The notes beneath the pieces were generated by a model. That model saw only the letters and a list, made by a program, of their open reading frames with translations, searched no databases and had not been told where the DNA came from. A stretch of DNA of 64,000 nucleotides from Cyanidioschyzon merolae (taxonomy: Eukaryota): assembly GCA_000091205.1 (NCBI GenBank), contig AP006502.2, one strand, 5' to 3'. Of this stretch, positions 45,774-55,193 are shown in pieces; the first letter of the stretch is position 1; each line of letters opens with the position of its first letter. A program made the position numbers and the translations under genes.

Positions 45774-46616
45774 TTAAAGATTGTCACCCTCTTCGGCGGG
45801 TACGAGACGAACCTCCCGCACTGCGGCGCGTTCGAGCCTGAGAACCTTGCCCCCTTGACTGATGCGGACAGAAGTTTCATCTCGATCGACCAGGTTTCCC
45901 TGTACCATCATTCCGTATTTGGGGTGTTCTTCGGTAAACGTTACGATGACGGGAAACGAGCGAAACGCCTGGAATGCTCGGTCATGTTGCAAGACGTCGC
46001 CGACGCCAGGACTCGATACTTCCAAGCTTTGGATATCCATACCGTGCTCCCAGGAGTTGTCCGCGACAAGCGCTTTTGTCAAGGTTTCGCAATCACCTAT
46101 CGTGGCGTCCGTGCATAGAAACACTCGATATAACCGTCGATCAGGACTGAAGGACGCCGACTCGACGCGGATGGACTCGCCGAACAACCCTGCTGCAACC
46201 TGACGAATGTCGCTGAGCGCAAGCTCCTCAGCACGACACTGTTCGCTTGCTTGAAGTGCAGGAACTGTCTCTGATGGTATCGTAGCAGTACTGTCGGGAG
46301 CGATTTCGGTCTGAGTTGCGGGAGTGGAAGGAGGTTCATGGCGCGCTGCTGCAGGCTTATGCTCGGTTACGGGTTCGCGTTTCGTTGGCCTTTGCGTTCT
46401 ATTGTGAGCGCGTTTCGGTCCCATGACCACCACGGTGCCTCCATAAAGGCGGATCCAGCGCCATGTCGACCGTGCTACTGCAGGTGCTCGGCCCTCTCGG
46501 CAGCGATACGGTAACCGGCAAGCAACCGACTGGTGCCCTCTCGCGGCGTCTGCCGCCCACAAACGGGGCTGCACACACCAAGCAACCAGCGGCCCTGCGC
46601 TTCTACGCGAAAGCAT
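45774..46616 (-). CDS. RIMP: Ribosome maturation factor RimP homologue with long N-terminal targeting-like extension
   Basis: The C-terminal half carries the RimP signature LEVSSPGVGDVL (compare bacterial LEVSSPGLDRPL) and the downstream FRSFPVIVTF. About 120 aa of R/P/T-rich N-terminus. ATG confirmed. Confidence 0.6.
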   Translation of the reverse strand: MLSRRSAGPLVAWCVQPRLWAADAARGHQSVACRLPYRCREGRAPAVARSTWRWIRLYGGTVVVMGPKRAHNRTQRPTKREPVTEHKPAAARHEPPSTPATQTEIAPDSTATIPSETVPALQASEQCRAEELALSDIRQVAAGLFGESIRVESASFSPDRRLYRVFLCTDATIGDCETLTKALVADNSWEHGMDIQSLEVSSPGVGDVLQHDRAFQAFRSFPVIVTFTEEHPKYGMMVQGNLVDRDETSVRISQGGKVLRLERAAVREVRLVPAEEGDNL

Positions 46617-47041
46617 GCGATTATTGCACGAGGAAAGCGGTTCTCACACCACAATTGCGCACCTCCAGCAGCTTTCCTGAGCCGGATTTACGCTCGAGGT
46701 ACCCCAGAAGCGTTCCAGGACGCCCGCGGGCGGATGAACTCAGTGCGTCTTCAGGCTTTGCCTCTGCGGCTTCCTAGTCCACACCCAACGGAAATCAGGC
46801 ACTCGAGATCTATTCCGTTTTCGAAACGCTCCCAAGTACCCCGTGAGAGACGGAAATACGTACACCTTACAACGCTGTCACTGGACGGCACGTCCGGGTA
46901 GAGGATTAGCGCTGCTGGTGTGCGGCTCGCATTCGTGACGACGCTTCGCTGCGTCAACAGCCGTCAGCAGAGGACTTGTGCACGTGCGTTGGCACTCAGT
47001 TCCGATTCTGTTGGCGGTCGGATGGGACCTTCAACTACGGC

Positions 47042-47449
47042 ATGCAACGGAGTCGGGTGCTGAGTTTGTACCGCACAATTTTAAGGACTGCGAAGAGGCG
47101 ATTTCAGGACCAACCGGAGACTGTTGATAGCGTTTGCGCGGAAGCGAGACAGCTTTTTCGGAGGAACGCCTCGTTGCGAGACCCCCAAGACATCGAACGA
47201 AAACTCTTCGAAGCCGAGTCGCGACTGGAACTTGCGCTGCACTATGGCATACCGTTTCCACGGGCTTACCATCTGAGTCCGGGGGCGACGCCACGCTCAC
47301 CGCGGCGTGTCGCATACCCCCTCTACATGGACTCGTACGTTGAAACACTCCAACCGACGTCGCAGCGTCGCAACACACCACCTATTGACAGACCACCTAT
47401 ATACCACGGTGAGGACCAGGCAAGTCTCCATACGGGGAGGAAGGCTTGA
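47042..47449 (+). CDS. LYR-motif (Complex1_LYR) family small protein, mitochondrial assembly-factor type
   Basis: MQRSRVLSLYRTILRTAKRRF...ARQLFRRNASLRDPQDIERKLFEAESRLELALHY shows L-Y-R plus a downstream F spacing. The track ORF begins at TTG 46976. The in-frame ATG is at 47042. Confidence 0.5.
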   Translation: MQRSRVLSLYRTILRTAKRRFQDQPETVDSVCAEARQLFRRNASLRDPQDIERKLFEAESRLELALHYGIPFPRAYHLSPGATPRSPRRVAYPLYMDSYVETLQPTSQRRNTPPIDRPPIYHGEDQASLHTGRKA

Positions 47450-48444
47450 CGCAGCGTTGCGCGTGTTGACGTCGACACGAGCAGCGCTGCAGTCGGTATG
47501 CGCGTTACAGAACACTTTCGAAGACAAAGCGTCTTATCAAAGGTGCCTGCTGTGATCCTCGACGAACGCCGCGACACGCTGCTGTAGAGCAGACACGCAG
47601 TGCCAGCAGCGTTGCAAGTGGTGTGGGTTGTATGCAAGCGCACGCTTCTCGAAAATGAGGACGCTTTCAAGGGCGCTTTTTCGCGGGGATGACGACGCGA
47701 ACGAGCACCGCCTTCGGAGCAACGGACGTGTTGTTGGGTACGCTTGAACGGATTGAATCATTTGGGTAGAATATGTAATTTCGAGTGGATACGGTTGGAG
47801 GCAAATGCGTCCACTGACATCTGGACGGAGACGCACGCGATGTCTACTCGGTGCTGTAAACTGTACAGGAACGCTTGGTACAACGACGCTCTGCATGGAT
47901 CCACGTTATTCCAGAGAAATCCGCGCCTTGTCCTGCGTTGCACGGGGAGCCTCCGCTTGTGTGCATCCGGCGCACTCGCCTCATCGGCGAGCGCGCGCGT
48001 AGAGTCAATGGATAGTGACTCTGAGCTCGGGCGCTAGAACATGGTTGCTTCGATTGTGACGTGGGGTTTCGTAGCTTTTCCTGCTTCTCGAACGCGTTGC
48101 ACAGGAACCAGAGCATTCCAGAGGAATATACGGCAACTCGCAGGTTTTCCCGTTGCGCGGGCGAAGCGCAACTGACAAGCATCCACACGTGCATCAACAC
48201 GGCTTTGCGGTTGGTACAGAGTGAAATCGGTTGTAGAAGATGTGCTGTTTACGCTGCCGTAATGGACACTGCTCAAACGTCCGAGCAAACCTGGCCAGAC
48301 GCATCCACTATGCACCAAAAATTCCTAGCCGGTGGAAACGCCTGTGTGATTCCTGCGGCCTGCAGTGGTCCAGAATGACTCGTTGGTACGCGATGCAGGT
48401 ACCAACGTCTGTACCGTTCACGTTCGACAGCGCTCCGAGAAGGC

Positions 48445-48819
48445 TCAGAGGGCACCATCGTCGAAGGCAGGCCATTCAAGCCGCTCCCTGCGCCGGAGTG
48501 CCGCGTGATCTTCCGCTACCGCCTGTTCCATGCGCCGGATTTCCTCCTCTGTGACGCGGCGGAGTTTTCTCAGAAACTCTAACTCTCTCTGCTCGGAATC
48601 GACCGCTCCAAAAAGCACCACATTTTCACCGCGGAACACTTGCAGTCCTCGTGGAATATCTGCGAACGCCTCATCATTGACGACCACCCGCTCAGTGGCA
48701 TCTTCAAGAGTCAAGTTTCCGTACTGATCAAACGACCGCAAATATCCGAGAAAAAAACGACCGTCGCGGAGGTATACAAGCACCCTCTTATCGAGGTCGT
48801 CGACCAGCGCGTCGCTCAT
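48445..48819 (-). CDS. LSM1: Sm-like protein LSm1
   Basis: VYLRDGRFFLGYLRSFDQYGNLTLEDATERV...DIPRGLQVFRGENVVLFGAVD closely parallels human LSM1, including the LSm1-specific C-terminal extension. ATG confirmed. Confidence 0.8.
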   Translation of the reverse strand: MSDALVDDLDKRVLVYLRDGRFFLGYLRSFDQYGNLTLEDATERVVVNDEAFADIPRGLQVFRGENVVLFGAVDSEQRELEFLRKLRRVTEEEIRRMEQAVAEDHAALRRRERLEWPAFDDGAL

Positions 48820-49188
48820 GGTGCCACCACCAGCGCGTGCCCTATGGACGCTGGGTCACTGAACGCGTACCGTATACTACCGAAGCACTGTTCCTATAGG
48901 TAAGCGTCCAGTCACCCCTGATGAACACACAGCTCTCCTCAAGCTTGGAACGAACAGCGGGTTCTGCCCTGTCCTCGCGGCGCTTTCGTTCTAGTAGCAG
49001 CCCTTGAAGCCTCCAAGGGCACACCTCTGTATTCCGATGCTGCTCTACTGCACCTTCTCCCCTGGACGCCCTATCGCGCAGCACAGGCGGCAAGTGCAAG
49101 TCTAGAAGTCTATAAGTGTTTGCGTGAATGAGCGTGTGAGTGGGTGTCTGAGGATCCACTGCACAGGTAAAGGCGCGCTGCTAGGCGC

Positions 49189-50523
49189 ATGGCTGCGTCG
49201 GATTGTCAGATGGGCGACGGATTATACCCGGCGAGCTGGAGTACAGGCCCGAAACTTCCATACACAAACACGCAGCTTATGCGAGGCGGATATAACTCGG
49301 TTCAGCCGAGTTTTGTCGCAAGTGAGACACTTGGATTGCGTCCTGTGCTGCGAGGGGCGTTTCGAACCGCGCCTCGTAAACCACGGAGTGCAGCGTCACC
49401 GGTCTATCAACTCGCTGCGGCTGCCGGTGGTGGCCAGCGTCGTCAGGAGCGCCCGTCACCAAGCTCGTACGGCAAAGGTGCAGGAGCCTCTTCCAAGAAA
49501 GGTAAGGACGAGAAGAAAACAGTGCAACAGTTCACCAGGGGCCAGGGATTTGCGAAAACCGCAAGTACCAAGTCGACTCGGACGTTGCTGCGCCCTGGGG
49601 TGCAGTCGCCGCCACGAACAGTGCCGTCGCACATTCCGCGACCCAAGTACGCTGCCGGAGATATTCCGGCTCGCTCACAGCGCCTGTTACCCCGAATGCC
49701 GTGGGATATTGAAGTCAAAACCCCCGAGCAGATTGAACGTATGCGAAAGGCGGGCCGCATCGCGCGTGAGGTGCTCGATGCCGCGTGCAAAGCCGTGCAC
49801 GTAGGAATGACCACCGACGAGATTGATGCCATTGTTCACGAGGAGACCATTCGGCGCAATGCATACCCATCGCCTCTTCATTACAATGGCTTTCCCAAGT
49901 CGTGTTGTACGTCGATTAATGAGGTCATCTGTCACGGTATCCCGGATTCGACTCGGCTGCGCGACGGAGACATCATCAATATCGATGTCACTTGCTATGT
50001 GGAGGGTGTTCACGGCGACTGCTCCGAGATGGTGCTCGTGGGAAACGTGGACAAACGCGGCCGCGAACTTGTTAGAGTTACTTTTGAATGCCTGGAAAAG
50101 GCGATAAGCATCTGTAGCCCGGGTGCTGAGTACAGTATGATCGGCGCTGTCATTGAAGATCACGCGACGCAGCATGGATTCGGGGTTGCGCGGGACTTTT
50201 TCGGCCACGGTATTGGCGAGGAGTTCCACGACAATCCGAACATTTTGCATTTTCGCAATCGGGAGCCGTACGGTCGGATGAAAGTCGGACACACGTTCAC
50301 GATTGAGCCGATGTTGCATGAGACGATGAACACGCGATATCGCGTCTGGTCTGATGGATGGACGGCAGTCACGGAAGATGGTGGTCGCTCGGCTCAGTAC
50401 GAGCACACCCTGTTGATTGTGGAAGACGGGGTGGAAATCTTGACGAGGAAAACCTCTGACTCGTTTCCGTACTTTTGGGAAACGGAGGCCGCGGCCGACG
50501 CGCCCCGCGAGAGCGACAGCTGA
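49189..50523 (+). CDS. Methionine aminopeptidase type 1, organellar MAP1D-like (no N-terminal zinc finger, long presequence)
   Basis: Pita-bread fold motifs: DIINIDVT, FFGHGIG, HTFTIEPM, TVTEDGGRSAQYEHTLLI. There is about 180 aa of basic low complexity before the catalytic domain. Confidence 0.85.
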   Translation: MAASDCQMGDGLYPASWSTGPKLPYTNTQLMRGGYNSVQPSFVASETLGLRPVLRGAFRTAPRKPRSAASPVYQLAAAAGGGQRRQERPSPSSYGKGAGASSKKGKDEKKTVQQFTRGQGFAKTASTKSTRTLLRPGVQSPPRTVPSHIPRPKYAAGDIPARSQRLLPRMPWDIEVKTPEQIERMRKAGRIAREVLDAACKAVHVGMTTDEIDAIVHEETIRRNAYPSPLHYNGFPKSCCTSINEVICHGIPDSTRLRDGDIINIDVTCYVEGVHGDCSEMVLVGNVDKRGRELVRVTFECLEKAISICSPGAEYSMIGAVIEDHATQHGFGVARDFFGHGIGEEFHDNPNILHFRNREPYGRMKVGHTFTIEPMLHETMNTRYRVWSDGWTAVTEDGGRSAQYEHTLLIVEDGVEILTRKTSDSFPYFWETEAAADAPRESDS

Positions 50524-51753
50524 CCTAAGACGATTGGTACGGAAGCTGGACGAATCGAGTCTCTCCTATGCATAAAGTACCCGAAAGGCGCTGGATTTGG
50601 TGACAGGAGAGCGCGGTACGAGGCCAGCGCATGCATCTATGTAGTGGCAGTCTGTATCGAGCTGACTCGTTTCTGCGGTACGCGGGGGTCCAGCAGCACG
50701 CCAAACACGGTGAACCCGCCGATTGCGGCTGCTGGGACGCTTGAAGCCCTTTGCGCTACGTCCGGAACATGCTCGCGAGGTGTGCATGCTATTTTAAAAC
50801 AGGTAGGGTGTGTGAGAAGCAGGTGGCCTTGAAAAGATCTACTTGCGAGCAGGTGCTTTGGGGCACACGGAACGCAGCGACGCGCTCGAATACGAGCTGA
50901 GTTCTGGAGCATGCAACAGCTGCCGTTTCCGAAAGTGTCGATGGACGCAGCCCAGAAGCTCTGAATTCGTATGCACGAAACGGGAAGCGATACTGTTTCC
51001 AGAATAGGCTGTGATCGCAGAAAGCGCAACGTGAGTATTTTCTATGTATCCCGCTGGCAGGCTGTCGAGTTTCTCGTGTACCATTGCCAGTTTTCCCAGT
51101 GTTAGCCTTGTATGTCCTACCATGGCTGCGCAAGCAGCTTTGTCGAAAGGTTGTGTCAAAACTAAACGTTCATTTCATCGACTGCAGCATTCGAATGGCT
51201 GCTGTTGAACAGCTTCCAGTGCGATGAGGGTCCGGGACTCGCGCGATGCGCCCACACACCGGGAAACCCACTGCAAAGCACTCTGGTAAGCGCGAACGTC
51301 GCATGGCGCTTTGCGTAACCGAAAGGCGTGCGCATTGCATCCATATCATATCTATGGACGACACTCTAGAAGCGCAGTTTCCGACAAGTGCCAGTCTCGG
51401 TGCCGGTGAGGCGCAAGGCATCTGCAGCGTGGTTGAACCGACCATGCCCAAACTTGTCCAATACTAACAACACAGAGAAGACGATCACGAGCGGTTTCAA
51501 TGTGTCGCTTGCGCGGCTTGTCGTCGAAAAGCTGCAGACGGGACAAGTTGCAGCGGCTTGTACTCGCTTCTGGGGCTTTCTGGAAACGTGTTCGCAAGCG
51601 GAACTTGGGGCTGGGCTGTGCTCACTCACAGTACCGAGCTGTAGCCGTCAAGTTTTCCTTCCTAGTTACGTCGGCTTCAGCTTCGAAAATTCTGCGTTGG
51701 TAAGGTGCAGCGGCTGCCGGTCGCTTTTGGCAGCGCCCTTCAACCTGCGTAAC

Positions 51754-52419
51754 ATGCCAGGAGCAGTCGGTACGCACGGGTCGCGTTTTACGGCCGGCAG
51801 AGTGAAACGCCTCCTCCAGACGAACGATGAAGTCGGACACATGGCAGCGAGCGTGCCAGTTCTTGTAGGCCACGCCACTGAGCACTTTTTGCGGGACCTG
51901 AGCTTGCAGGCTCTCGCCTATGCGAAGGAATCAGGAGCAACTACGATAACATCAAGTTTGCTACGATACACGGTGGAGAAAGAGCCTCGATTCCAGTTTC
52001 TCCGCCCACTGTTTGCGAAAGTACCTCCACTGACTGAAAAGGAGCTGCAGGAAATGAGCCGGAATCGCGACAGCCGCTCACGTGTAAAGCACAGCGAAAG
52101 GAGGCCTCGAGCGAAACGGAAGACAACGGCCGGCACTGGCACTGGGAAAAGAGGCGGCGCTGCGCCTCGTCGAACAAAGCCCGCGGGCGCGACGACAGCA
52201 GACGCAAGCCATGAAACCGGAGAAGACACACCCGAAACTGGTTCAGCTTTGGCGACCGAAGCACCTGCGCCAGAAGTTGCTCTCCAGGTGGCCGCAGAAG
52301 AAGAGTCCCGGATGCCACTGGCCAGCTCGTCGTCGGGGGCTGGTGCGACGACTGCGGATGCCTCTGCAAAGGCCGGAGCCTGGCACATACTGGAAGAAGA
52401 TTATGATGTAGAGGAATGA
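51754..52419 (+). CDS. Histone-fold protein of the NC2-alpha/DPB3/POLE4/NF-YC type with basic/acidic tail
   Basis: RVKRLLQTNDEVGHMAASVPVLVGHATEHFLRDLSLQALAYAKESGATTITSSLLRYTVEKEPRFQFLRPLF matches the CBFD_NFYB_HMF pattern (ARIKKIM..DEDV..IS.EAPVL..KA.ELFI..L). The track ORF begins earlier. In-frame ATG at 51754. Confidence 0.5.
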   Translation: MPGAVGTHGSRFTAGRVKRLLQTNDEVGHMAASVPVLVGHATEHFLRDLSLQALAYAKESGATTITSSLLRYTVEKEPRFQFLRPLFAKVPPLTEKELQEMSRNRDSRSRVKHSERRPRAKRKTTAGTGTGKRGGAAPRRTKPAGATTADASHETGEDTPETGSALATEAPAPEVALQVAAEEESRMPLASSSSGAGATTADASAKAGAWHILEEDYDVEE

Positions 52420-53416
52420 TCAGAGGGTATAGCCGGTTTCGTTTTGCACTTGTGGGGAAGGCATGAGCGTACGTTTGCAGTGTTTTCAGCACGGATGGTG
52501 CTCGACGTGCCACAACGAGCGCGCCTGCGCGTTGCGTTGGGCTGCTTGTGCATCCCTTGTCTCGATTGGTGATGAGCGCTTAGATATAGCTACGCCTTTC
52601 AGAACCGTTTTGAACGGGTGCCATTCAAGTCAAGCGAAACAGGAGGACCCTTGATGTCTTCGAGGTGTCGGCAGCTGAGACGCGACATTTCGGCGAAAGC
52701 GCCTTCCATGTTCTTGACCCTCCTGCCTCGCGGGGCGGCACATTTCGTCTGCATAACTGCTGCTCATACTGGAGGCAGTCGTGTCGCTAGCAGCGCCCAA
52801 TATGCCCACATGCTTTCTGAAGGTGTGACATGTCCCAAAAACATCACTGCACGCTTGAATGAGCTGCTTTACAGCTCTCTAGTGTTCGTAAACGTTTCCT
52901 CCCAAACAGAGACGCCTAGTCGATGTCGAGAGTCCACCTGTATCCGTGTTCGATGAACATGAAAACTGAAATGCAAGCTCTGTTCCTGTTTTGCAATTAT
53001 TATCGAACGTTCTCGTTCATAGACAGCATCGAGACGACAAGTGCTGCAATACGGAATAACGGATTCACGCGTCGTTCCAGGATTTTCGGTCGTCTGTTTG
53101 ACTTGACTCCTTCGCCGCTTCGCCGCTGGATATCGTAACGTCACCGGATTTAAAACGATTCGCGACGCCTTCGAATGCGGTTTTATAAAATAACCAATAC
53201 GATTGTCAAATTCGTACGTGGAATCAACCAGTCCGCTCCTTTCGTTACGCGCAGCACGCGTGACTTCAGCGTGCCTCAAGTCTTCGTTTTTCCTATTTCA
53301 AGGCAATTCGTGGGCCCAGCAATGTGTATCTCTGGAATGGGGAGACAAGAAACGTGATTTCAAATCTTGACGACTTGTTCGCAAGCTCGCACCAAATCTT
53401 CGTTGAGCTTGTCATG

Positions 53417-53983
53417 TCAAAGAATAAATATATTCCGATCGAGAGACAAACTACTGCTCTCTATACATCCATCGATGGGACGGCATTCGACAGCATCAAA
53501 TACACCTCTCCGGGGATGCGCTTCCTGCGTCTCTCGTCTCTTCGGTTTGGATGGGAAAGGCTTTTGGACTCGGAATTCAGTCAGTCCAGCGATCGTTTCA
53601 CACGGAGTCGTTGTCACCGTTTTGCACGAGGAGAGCGTAGACAAATGCAAGTTTCTCATCTTATTTTCCAGGCAAATTTTCTCTTTCTGTATTTCTCTCA
53701 TCATGGACAACATTATTTTCCACGAATCATTTTTTGAATGCAATAGCGTACGCTTCCGTGTGCAGCGGACAGAGGACTCGCCCAGTATATCGTCCATGAG
53801 ATGTCTGGAATCATACGGTACAGGATCGGGCCCGAAAACGGAGAAAGACATCGAGAAGAGCCCTCTCTGCCCAGCATGGATGTGCCCCGAGCGATGAAGC
53901 ATGCGTTCACGCGCCACAGGGCTTGGCTTAGAAGTGTATATTTGACGGACGTATGCGCACACTTGAACAGAGCCGAAAGTCAC
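53417..53983 (-). CDS. Unknown-function protein, paralogue A of a two-member family (possibly a pseudogene, or begins further upstream without an AUG)
   Basis: Shares conserved blocks with the ORF at 61814-62455: LFSM, CTR(K/E)RTL(L/F)HSxxDSW, KxKRRE, and SSL(S)LDR. Confidence 0.35.
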   Translation of the reverse strand: MTFGSVQVCAYVRQIYTSKPSPVARERMLHRSGHIHAGQRGLFSMSFSVFGPDPVPYDSRHLMDDILGESSVRCTRKRTLLHSKNDSWKIMLSMMREIQKEKICLENKMRNLHLSTLSSCKTVTTTPCETIAGLTEFRVQKPFPSKPKRRETQEAHPRRGVFDAVECRPIDGCIESSSLSLDRNIFIL

Positions 53984-54542
53984 CGCTGCGAGGCGCGTAC
54001 CGATACTGGGTACAAAGACTATGATGATAGCGAGCCAAGCGTAGATGGCAACTCCCGTCTGTGCTTGGTAGGTGTCGCAAACAGCCAGACGCTGCCAAAT
54101 CGGGAATTCAATGCTGCCATCGCTACACGTCTACTGCTGCCATCGTAGCTCGGCGGAAGGGAGAGACCCCGCGTATTTAAAGCGTGGAATAAGACAGTGG
54201 AAATGAAAGCAATCGTGGAAGAAGTCGGCAAAGGCTGGTGTTGCTGATACAGGAAAAGACCCAGAGTTCAGAGCATACGGTGGAGCTAGGGGACCTGTCC
54301 CATTTTCATCTGACATGGTGTGTCTATCGGTGCGCGTGCACATTCCGCTCTAACGAAGCCGTGCATTCGTCTGGTAAAATAGGTCGGGCGTAATCCGTCA
54401 GACTTACGTCCCGTCTATAAGAGAGCAACGTTTCACTCTCGCGACTGTAATGAAGTGTTAAGAGTGGCTTTCGGCTGTCTCCGGGGCTTCTGGAGGTTTT
54501 ATTTCCGGACTCGTTGCAGCGTTTTTTCCCCTGGCCGCTTTC

Positions 54543-55193
54543 ATGACTTTGGAGCCGAACGCCAATAAACGTCAGCGAGCACAAGAGCAGGTTCGGAGAG
54601 CCAGGCTTCGCGATTTTCTTGAGTCTCTAGAACGCGACAACTGGGAGGACACCAGTAGTGACGATGGCTATGACAGTGAGCTGCAGGAGGGAGAACTTGT
54701 CGCAGAGACGTCGCTATCGTTTCCAACCGCTGCGTTACCTGTCAATGCTTTAACAGGAACAACGCACAGAGTTCCGGACTCACAGCAGGTACGTCAGCGA
54801 CGTAAACGGAGAGATTCGCGCGCTGAAATCGATTCGGAGAGAGCGAGTAACTCCGGAGGCGCTGTGGCTGATCAACGGACTATGGAGTCAACGCCGACCA
54901 GCGACCTCGATTCACAGTTAGGAAACGGGCCGAGACGCCCGCCTTGGAAGCTATCTCATTTGGTGCGTCTCAACTATCGGTATGCATGGTTAGCACAACG
55001 CGGATCGCTGGAAGGGTGGCTCTACTTCACCAGTGCACCGGCGACGGCAAGCGCTAGGCCAGCACGACACCTGTGTGATGTGTGCGGCTTCGGGGCGTGT
55101 TACACATGCCCTCGATGCGGCGGCTTTACGTGCAGTCTAGCATGCACGAGGACGCACAGAGAGACCCGGTGTTTACGTACATGGCAAACATGA
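54543..55193 (+). CDS. zf-HIT zinc-finger protein
   Basis: The C-terminus CDVCGFGACYTCPRCGGFTCSLACTRTHRETRC fits the HIT-type finger pattern C-x2-C...C-x2-C...C...H...C. The N-terminus is acidic. ATG confirmed. Confidence 0.55.
   Translation: MTLEPNANKRQRAQEQVRRARLRDFLESLERDNWEDTSSDDGYDSELQEGELVAETSLSFPTAALPVNALTGTTHRVPDSQQVRQRRKRRDSRAEIDSERASNSGGAVADQRTMESTPTSDLDSQLGNGPRRPPWKLSHLVRLNYRYAWLAQRGSLEGWLYFTSAPATASARPARHLCDVCGFGACYTCPRCGGFTCSLACTRTHRETRCLRTWQT

Noticed and set aside
49124-49804. Alternate-frame 226-aa ORF overlapping the MetAP1 N-terminal extension
   Set aside because: C/R-rich low complexity with no motif. The MetAP frame continues into a fully conserved catalytic domain.
53367-53897. 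Plus-strand ORF (176 aa) overlapping paralogue A as the coding frame
   Set aside because: The homologous plus-strand frame in copy B is broken into 133- and 73-aa pieces. The minus-strand frame is intact in both copies, so minus is the more likely coding strand.
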